From Armatimonadia bacterium (GTDB lineage Bacteria; Armatimonadota; Zipacnadia; Zipacnadales; UBA11051): a stretch of DNA of 13,819 nucleotides. The position numbers were made by a program, and so were the translations under genes. The stretch spans positions 1 to 13,819 of the forward strand of contig JBDKRC010000036.1 in NCBI GenBank assembly GCA_039683575.1, read 5' to 3'. The notes beneath the pieces are model-generated. The model was not told where the DNA came from, searched no databases, and saw nothing but the letters and a program-made list of their open reading frames with translations. Positions 8,441 through 13,819 of the stretch are shown here, in pieces. The stretch's first letter is position 1, and every line of letters starts with the position of its first letter.

Positions 8441-9313
8441 TTAGCCACCGGTCGGGGACTTCATCTTGGCCAGGGCAGCGTTAAGCGTCGCGGCCCACTG
8501 GTTGGCCAAAGCCTCAATGGCGATGTTGCCATTGGCCGCCGCGTCGCCTGAGGTAACGGTCACTACCTGGACGTCCCCATACTTCACTGTCCATTCGTCG
8601 CCCTTCAGCACGGCTTGGGCAGTCAACCGGCCCTTGCGGCCGTCGGAGAGCATGCTGACGACCTGGGCTTCGACCTTCTTACCGCGAGCTTCCAGGGAGG
8701 GAGAGCCGTCACGATCGCGCAGACGGAACAGGAACACGCCACCCACCGCAACCTCATAGGTGTCCGGCAACGCCGGGCCAGCGTTGGTCAGGGGGCCTGC
8801 GGGCGTTGCACCTGCGACCGGCGCTGCACCTGCGGCCGGCGCTGCGCCTGTGGGCCCGGTAATCCTCGGGAGCACCTGAGCCAGTTGGTCGCGCCACTGC
8901 TGCGCCAGTTGCTCCTGCGTCATGCCCGTGCCCTTGACGTCGCTGGCATAGACGGAGACGAAGCGGTAGTTGCCTACGTAGATCGTGGGGGCGCTGCGTA
9001 CGCGGCCGACGCAGATCTTGCTGGGGCTGACGGGGCCGTGGGAGAGGACTTCGGTGAGGCGGTTGTAGACCGCGACTTCGCGCTCAGCAAGCGTGTATCC
9101 GGCGGCGCCACGAGGCAGTTCGAACAGGCGGAAGCTGCCGATGCCAATCTGCGCGGTCTGCGGCTGGTAGGCTTCGGCGATCTTCGGCTTGGACTCCAGG
9201 CCGCCCCAGATCTTGACTTCGGGCCCGGGCGGGCAGGCAGCTTGCCCAAAACATACGGATGCCAACATCAGGAGCGCTGCTGCGGTGATTGCTGCGACTG
9301 CGACTGTCCTCAT
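8441..9313 (-). CDS. Secreted/periplasmic hypothetical protein with two homologous ~95-aa domains and an Ala/Pro linker (290 aa)
   Basis: Signal peptide MRTVAVAAITAAALLMLASVCFG. Two repeats share the pattern G..LF.L...L..R...V...L...G...V.V...D....E.LA.QW...L...L. RBS GGAGG at 9321-9325. Confidence 0.85.
   Translation of the reverse strand: MRTVAVAAITAAALLMLASVCFGQAACPPGPEVKIWGGLESKPKIAEAYQPQTAQIGIGSFRLFELPRGAAGYTLAEREVAVYNRLTEVLSHGPVSPSKICVGRVRSAPTIYVGNYRFVSVYASDVKGTGMTQEQLAQQWRDQLAQVLPRITGPTGAAPAAGAAPVAGATPAGPLTNAGPALPDTYEVAVGGVFLFRLRDRDGSPSLEARGKKVEAQVVSMLSDGRKGRLTAQAVLKGDEWTVKYGDVQVVTVTSGDAAANGNIAIEALANQWAATLNAALAKMKSPTGG
8802..8855. repeat. 3 x 18-bp imperfect tandem repeat encoding the Ala/Pro linker
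   Basis: GGCGTTGCACCTGCGACC / GGCGCTGCACCTGCGGCC / GGCGCTGCGCCTGTGGGC, encoding approximately TGAAP-AAGAAP-VAGATP. Confidence 0.7.
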
Positions 9314-9360
9314 GGCTTCGCCTCCACGTGAGCAAGCTGTTCTACTACAACTACCACATC

Positions 9361-9389
9361 GTTATAAGCCTCAGGGCCACCTTCGTCAA
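9361..9389 (-). promoter_or_regulatory. Sigma70-type promoter for the 290-aa gene
   Basis: Minus strand TTGACG (9389-9384), 17-bp spacer, TATAAC (9366-9361). Confidence 0.7.
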
Positions 9390-9411
9390 GTATTCCCTGC
9401 TCATTGTCTGC

Positions 9412-10158
9412 TCAATCTTGTTCTTCAACAACCCCACCAAAACGCCGCTGGCGCCCGGTGAAGATGCGCAGGGCCTCCAGCAGGTGCTCATCCCCAAAGT
9501 CGGGCCAGAGCACGTCCATGATGACCATCTCGGCGTACGCAATCTGCCAGAGCAGGAAGTTGCTGACGCGCATTTCCCGCCCGGGACGCAGGAACAGCTC
9601 CACATCGGGCAGGTCGGGAGCATAGAGCGAGCTTTGGAAAGCTGCCTCGTCAATGTCCTGCGCCGCAAGTTCCCCCTGCTGCACCCGAGTGGCAAGCTTA
9701 CGGCTGGCGTCCACAATCTCGGCGCGCCCGCCGTAGTTCATGCAAAGGTTAAGCACCATTCCGGTGTTGTCTGCGGTGAGCTCCAGCCCATGGGCGAAGG
9801 CGTCCTGCATGGTCTGGGGAAGCTCATGCAAGCGTCCGGAAGCCCGGAAGCGGACATTGGACTCGTGAAGGTCCCGCAATTCCTCGTAGAGAGCAGCCTC
9901 GATGAGCTTCATCAGGCCGGAGACCTCGTCCTCCGGACGGGACCAGTTCTCGGTGGAGAAGGCGTACAGGCTCAGCGCCTGCATTCCAAGATCCTTGCAG
10001 GAGACGACGACACGCTTGGAGGTCCTGCGGCCCTCGTAGTGGCCGGCTATCCGCGGGAGGCCACGCTGGGTCGCCCAACGGCCGTTGCCGTCCATGACGA
10101 TGGCAAGATGAGAGGGAATGGCGAGGTTTTCAGCGGCGACTATGCCACAAAGATCCAC
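9412..10158 (-). CDS. uppS: Undecaprenyl/polyprenyl diphosphate synthase (cis-isoprenyl transferase)
   Basis: HLAIVMDGNGRWA, YAFSTENWSRP, NYGGRAEI, RVSNFLLWQIAYAE, LWPDF and RQRRFGG motifs. GTG start with AGGAG RBS. Confidence 0.97.
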   Translation of the reverse strand: MDLCGIVAAENLAIPSHLAIVMDGNGRWATQRGLPRIAGHYEGRRTSKRVVVSCKDLGMQALSLYAFSTENWSRPEDEVSGLMKLIEAALYEELRDLHESNVRFRASGRLHELPQTMQDAFAHGLELTADNTGMVLNLCMNYGGRAEIVDASRKLATRVQQGELAAQDIDEAAFQSSLYAPDLPDVELFLRPGREMRVSNFLLWQIAYAEMVIMDVLWPDFGDEHLLEALRIFTGRQRRFGGVVEEQD

Positions 10159-10201
10159 AGGGGGCTCCTACACTAAGCACGAGAGAGGTATGAGATGCGG
10201 T

Positions 10202-10399
10202 CTATGGCTCCAGAAGCATGAAGTTGCTGAGTACGAGGTGCACTTGCTGCTCCACCAGGCGCTGCCGCACGACCCGGGCCCGGCCCTGGATGGCACCTCT
10301 GGGCGGGGCGGTCCACTGCTCAACGACGTCGGCTAGCCCCGCCTCGGTAAGCCGCAACCGCGCTTCTTCCGCCGGTAGTCCCAAGACATCGGGGATCAC
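10202..10399 (-). CDS. Small PASTA-like domain protein (65 aa)
   Basis: MIPDVLGLPAEEARLRLTEAGL...RVVRQ matches the PASTA pattern vPDv.G....eA...L...Gl...V..Q. GTG start 2 nt after the frr stop, with GGAGGT inside the frr 3' end. Fills the frr-uppS gap. Confidence 0.75.
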   Translation of the reverse strand: MIPDVLGLPAEEARLRLTEAGLADVVEQWTAPPRGAIQGRARVVRQRLVEQQVHLVLSNFMLLEP

Positions 10400-10401
10400 C
10401 G

Positions 10402-10956
10402 CTAGACCTCCATGATCTCCGCGACCTTCTTCTCGGTGATCTTGTCGAGCTTGGCGATGAACTCATCGGTGAGCTTCTGAACTTCCTTCTTGCCGCGCTC
10501 GACATCGTCCTCGGTGATTTCCTTGGACTTCTCACGCTTGTCGAGGGTCTCGTTGGCATCGCGCCGCAGGTTGCGGATGGCAACCTTGCCCTCTTCGGTC
10601 TTGTGGTGGACCAGCTTGGTGAGTTCCTTGCGGCGCTCCTCGGTCAGCGTGGGGATTTCCAGCCGAATGGTGTGGCCGTCGCTGTTGGGTGTGAGGCCGA
10701 GGTCGGACTTCAGGATGGCCTTCTCGATGTGCGGGAGGGCCGCTTTGTCCCAGGGCGAGATCAGAAGCTGGCGGGGTTCAGGCACGCTGATGCCGCCGAG
10801 CTGGTTGATCGGCATCTCGCTGCCGTAGTAGTCCACCTTGATGCGTTCGAGCAGCGCCGGGGTGGCACGGCCGGTGCGGATGGAACCGAATTCGCGTTCG
10901 GTGGCCTCGATAGAATGCTGCATCTTTTCTCGAGTGTGCTGGATGACGCTTTGCAT
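10402..10956 (-). CDS. frr: Ribosome recycling factor (184 aa)
   Basis: IRTGRATPALL, VDYYG, SDLGLTPNSDG, LTEERRKEL, AIRNLRRDA motifs. ATG at 10956 with GGAGGGG RBS. The track ORF from 11115 is over-extended. Confidence 0.98.
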   Translation of the reverse strand: MQSVIQHTREKMQHSIEATEREFGSIRTGRATPALLERIKVDYYGSEMPINQLGGISVPEPRQLLISPWDKAALPHIEKAILKSDLGLTPNSDGHTIRLEIPTLTEERRKELTKLVHHKTEEGKVAIRNLRRDANETLDKREKSKEITEDDVERGKKEVQKLTDEFIAKLDKITEKKVAEIMEV

Positions 10957-11034
10957 GGTACCCCTCCGTTGGCGATGTATGAGCAGCGATGGGCGCCTGT
11001 GGGCGCTCGCGGCGGATGGATCACGGGCAATTGC

Positions 11035-11064
11035 ACAAGCGCCCCAGTTTCCCGGGGCGCTTGC
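11035..11064 (-). other. Stable GAAA-tetraloop stem-loop just after pyrH, without U tract (possible processing or stability element)
   Basis: Minus strand GCAAGCGCCCCGG-GAAA-CTGGGGCGCTTGT, 13-bp stem. Confidence 0.55.
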
Positions 11065-11069
11065 TGTCT

Positions 11070-12409
<1,340 letters not shown>

Positions 12410-12443
12410 CTATGTTCACCCTCCTGGGGGATAATGTCATATC

Positions 12444-12516
12444 ATAGTGCGGGCGTCTCGCCCGCTAGAACGCGCGGTGCGAGCGTCTGGGCCCGCACCA
12501 CGCGAGACGAAGCTAC
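12444..12516. repeat. REP-like palindromic units in the rpsB-tsf spacer
   Basis: GTGCGGGCGTCTCGCCCGC (12447-12465, self-complementary), a degenerate direct copy GTGCGAGCGTCTGGGCCCGC (12477-12496), and an inverted partial copy GCGAGACG..GCTAC (12502-12516). Confidence 0.5.
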
Positions 12517-13364
12517 TCTTCGTCGAAGACCTCGATGAAGGCCTCTTCGGGGTTGAAGTTCTCGCCGGTTACTTCCTTGGCCACCATCGGCCGCTCGGTT
12601 ACGACGGGGACCCGCGCGAGTTCTTCGGCCTGGGCCGCAGCGCGGTTTTCTGCGTCAGCCTCGTCCACCTGCGCCTGCGCAAAGTGGCCGCGGCCCTCAA
12701 GGATCGCGTCGGCCATCTTGCCGGCGATCAGGCGGATGGCGCGGATGGCATCATCGTTGCCGGGGATGACATAGTCGACCACGTCGGGATCGCAGTTGGT
12801 GTCCACGATCGCAACCACGGGGATATTCAGCTTGTTGGCCTCGGCGGCAGCAATATGCTCGCGCTTGAGGTCAACGATGAAGATCGCCTGGGGCAGAACG
12901 CGCATGTGGCGGATGCCGCCGAGGTAGTTCTCAAGCTTCTCGCGCTCGCGGTCGAGGGTGAGGGCTTCCTTCTTGGTCAGACGGGTCCACTCGCCACCCT
13001 CGGCGGCGGCGTCGAGTTCGTCGAGCTTCTTAACGCGGCCCTGGATGGTCGGGAAGTTGGTCATCATCCCGCCGAGCCAGCGCTTGTTGACGTAGGGCAT
13101 GTTGCAGCGCTTGGCCGCGGCTTCGATGGCCTCGGCAGCCTGGCGCTTGGTGCCGACGAAGAGAATGCTGCCGCCGCGATCGCCCACGCCACGTACAAAC
13201 TCATAGGCGGTCTCGACGAGCTTGAGGGTCTGGTGCAGGTCGATGATGTAGATGCCATTGCGCTCGTGGTAGATGTAGCGCTTCATCTTCGGGTTCCAGC
13301 GGCGCGTCTGGTGCCCGAAGTGGACTCCCGCTTCGAGGAGTTCCTTCATGCTGATGAGGGCCAA
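12513..13364 (-). CDS. rpsB: 30S ribosomal protein S2 (283 aa, TTG start, acidic C-terminal tail)
   Basis: [50 protein letters not shown] and [11 protein letters not shown] motifs. AAGGAGGTG (13371-13379) lies 6 nt before TTG at 13364. Confidence 0.98.
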   Translation of the reverse strand: MALISMKELLEAGVHFGHQTRRWNPKMKRYIYHERNGIYIIDLHQTLKLVETAYEFVRGVGDRGGSILFVGTKRQAAEAIEAAAKRCNMPYVNKRWLGGMMTNFPTIQGRVKKLDELDAAAEGGEWTRLTKKEALTLDREREKLENYLGGIRHMRVLPQAIFIVDLKREHIAAAEANKLNIPVVAIVDTNCDPDVVDYVIPGNDDAIRAIRLIAGKMADAILEGRGHFAQAQVDEADAENRAAAQAEELARVPVVTERPMVAKEVTGENFNPEEAFIEVFDEE

Positions 13365-13642
13365 GGTGGCCACCTCCTTGCGGATAGGAATTACTCTACC
13401 CGCCAACGGATCACTTGGACGAGGGCTGGGCTACATGATCCGCACGCCGCAGCCAGGGCCGAAAAGATCGGCACTCAGGCCAGTCGGCGTTCCAGGCCTG
13501 TCTCGGGGAGAGAACAGGCAGATTACATTCCGAATTGCACGCGCATGACAGGCATGCGCAAACGGACGCCGCCAATTGCTTGCCCTCGTCAGGCGGCGTC
13601 ACAGGAATGCTCGGCTCCGCCAACGGAGCCGTACTTGGAAGT
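13365..13642 (-). promoter_or_regulatory. Long structured 5' leader of the rpsB-tsf operon
   Basis: About 280 nt between the predicted transcription start and TTG. Six stems: 13612-13631, 13565-13600, 13541-13559, 13496-13519, 13458-13472, 13408-13441. Confidence 0.55.
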
Positions 13643-13648
13643 GCACAT

Positions 13649-13678
13649 AGTATAGCGCAAGCGGGGCACCGGTGGCAA
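13649..13678 (-). promoter_or_regulatory. Sigma70-type promoter of the rpsB operon
   Basis: Minus strand TTGCCA (13678-13673), 18-bp spacer, TATACT (13654-13649). Confidence 0.7.
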
Positions 13679-13694
13679 GGGTTGCCGTGCCGGG

Positions 13695-13819
13695 TGTCGC
13701 TGCCAAGTAGTAATGTCCCTCTTGTGCAAAGTAGAAATGTCCCTTCGGCGAACTGAAGGGCATGAAGTTACTGATGAGCCACAAGGAACGCAACTACAGC
13801 AAGGTGCTCGAACAACTGC
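13695..13819 (+). mobile_element. Left end of an IS1202-family (formerly ISNCY; IS481-related) insertion sequence, truncated
   Basis: Begins TGT at 13695. Two subterminal direct repeats TGCCAAGTAGTAATGTCCCT (13701-13720) and TGCAAAGTAGAAATGTCCCT (13725-13744) are 18/20 identical. A transposase-like ORF start follows. Confidence 0.75.
13762..13819 (+). CDS. IS1202/ISNCY-type transposase, N-terminal fragment
   Basis: MKLLMSHKERNYSKVLEQL resembles the MSxKExxRxKVIExx start of this transposase group. Open to the window end. Alternative start at 13774. Confidence 0.65.
   Translation, partial: MKLLMSHKERNYSKVLEQL

Noticed and set aside
9342..9357. GTN/TAG triplet run in the 5' UTR of the 290-aa gene as a TRAP/HutP-like site
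   Set aside because: Too short, irregular spacing, and no related pathway genes.
12430..12446. GATAATGTCATATC as a Fur box or internal tsf promoter
   Set aside because: Partial match only, no convincing -35, and no iron-related context.
13411..13623. 70-aa Cys-containing minus-strand ORF in the rpsB leader
   Set aside because: No RBS, start lies inside a hairpin, no recognisable domain. Better explained as structured UTR.
13639..13666. Possible dif/XerCD site near the IS1202-type element (GTGCACATAGTATA...)
   Set aside because: Only a loose XerC-arm resemblance. The XerD arm (TTATGTTAAAT) is absent, it does not abut the IS end, and the AT-rich part is explained by the rpsB -10 box.
13701..13744. 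Two 20-bp direct repeats as a CRISPR remnant
   Set aside because: Only 4 bp between copies, two units, no cas genes. They fit IS subterminal transposase-binding repeats.

Overview
GC-rich bacterial chromosomal segment. The gene mix is reminiscent of Armatimonadota or other Terrabacteria, but that is inference only. Both edges are ~125-bp ends of insertion sequences: an ISL3-family right end at 1-126 and an IS1202/ISNCY-type left end at 13695-13819. The right half holds the conserved minus-strand translation cluster rpsB-tsf-pyrH-frr-(small PASTA-like ORF)-uppS, with a long structured rpsB leader. Instead of cdsA/dxr, uppS is followed by a secreted two-repeat protein with its own promoter and a large polytopic GT-C-like membrane protein. 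In the middle is a plus-strand cold-shock protein + long HPF (raiA) pair separated by a terminator-like hairpin. Divergent from it is a two-gene putative glycan-processing operon: a secreted 1179-aa GH123/DUF4091-like CBM-containing protein and a cytoplasmic Asp-box beta-propeller. No rRNA, tRNA or CRISPR array was seen. I found no clear-cut novel system. The best leads are the csp-hairpin-hpf arrangement, the uncharacterised glycan pair, the rpsB leader, the frr-coupled PASTA-like microprotein and a triple ATCAGACA motif in the divergent promoter region.
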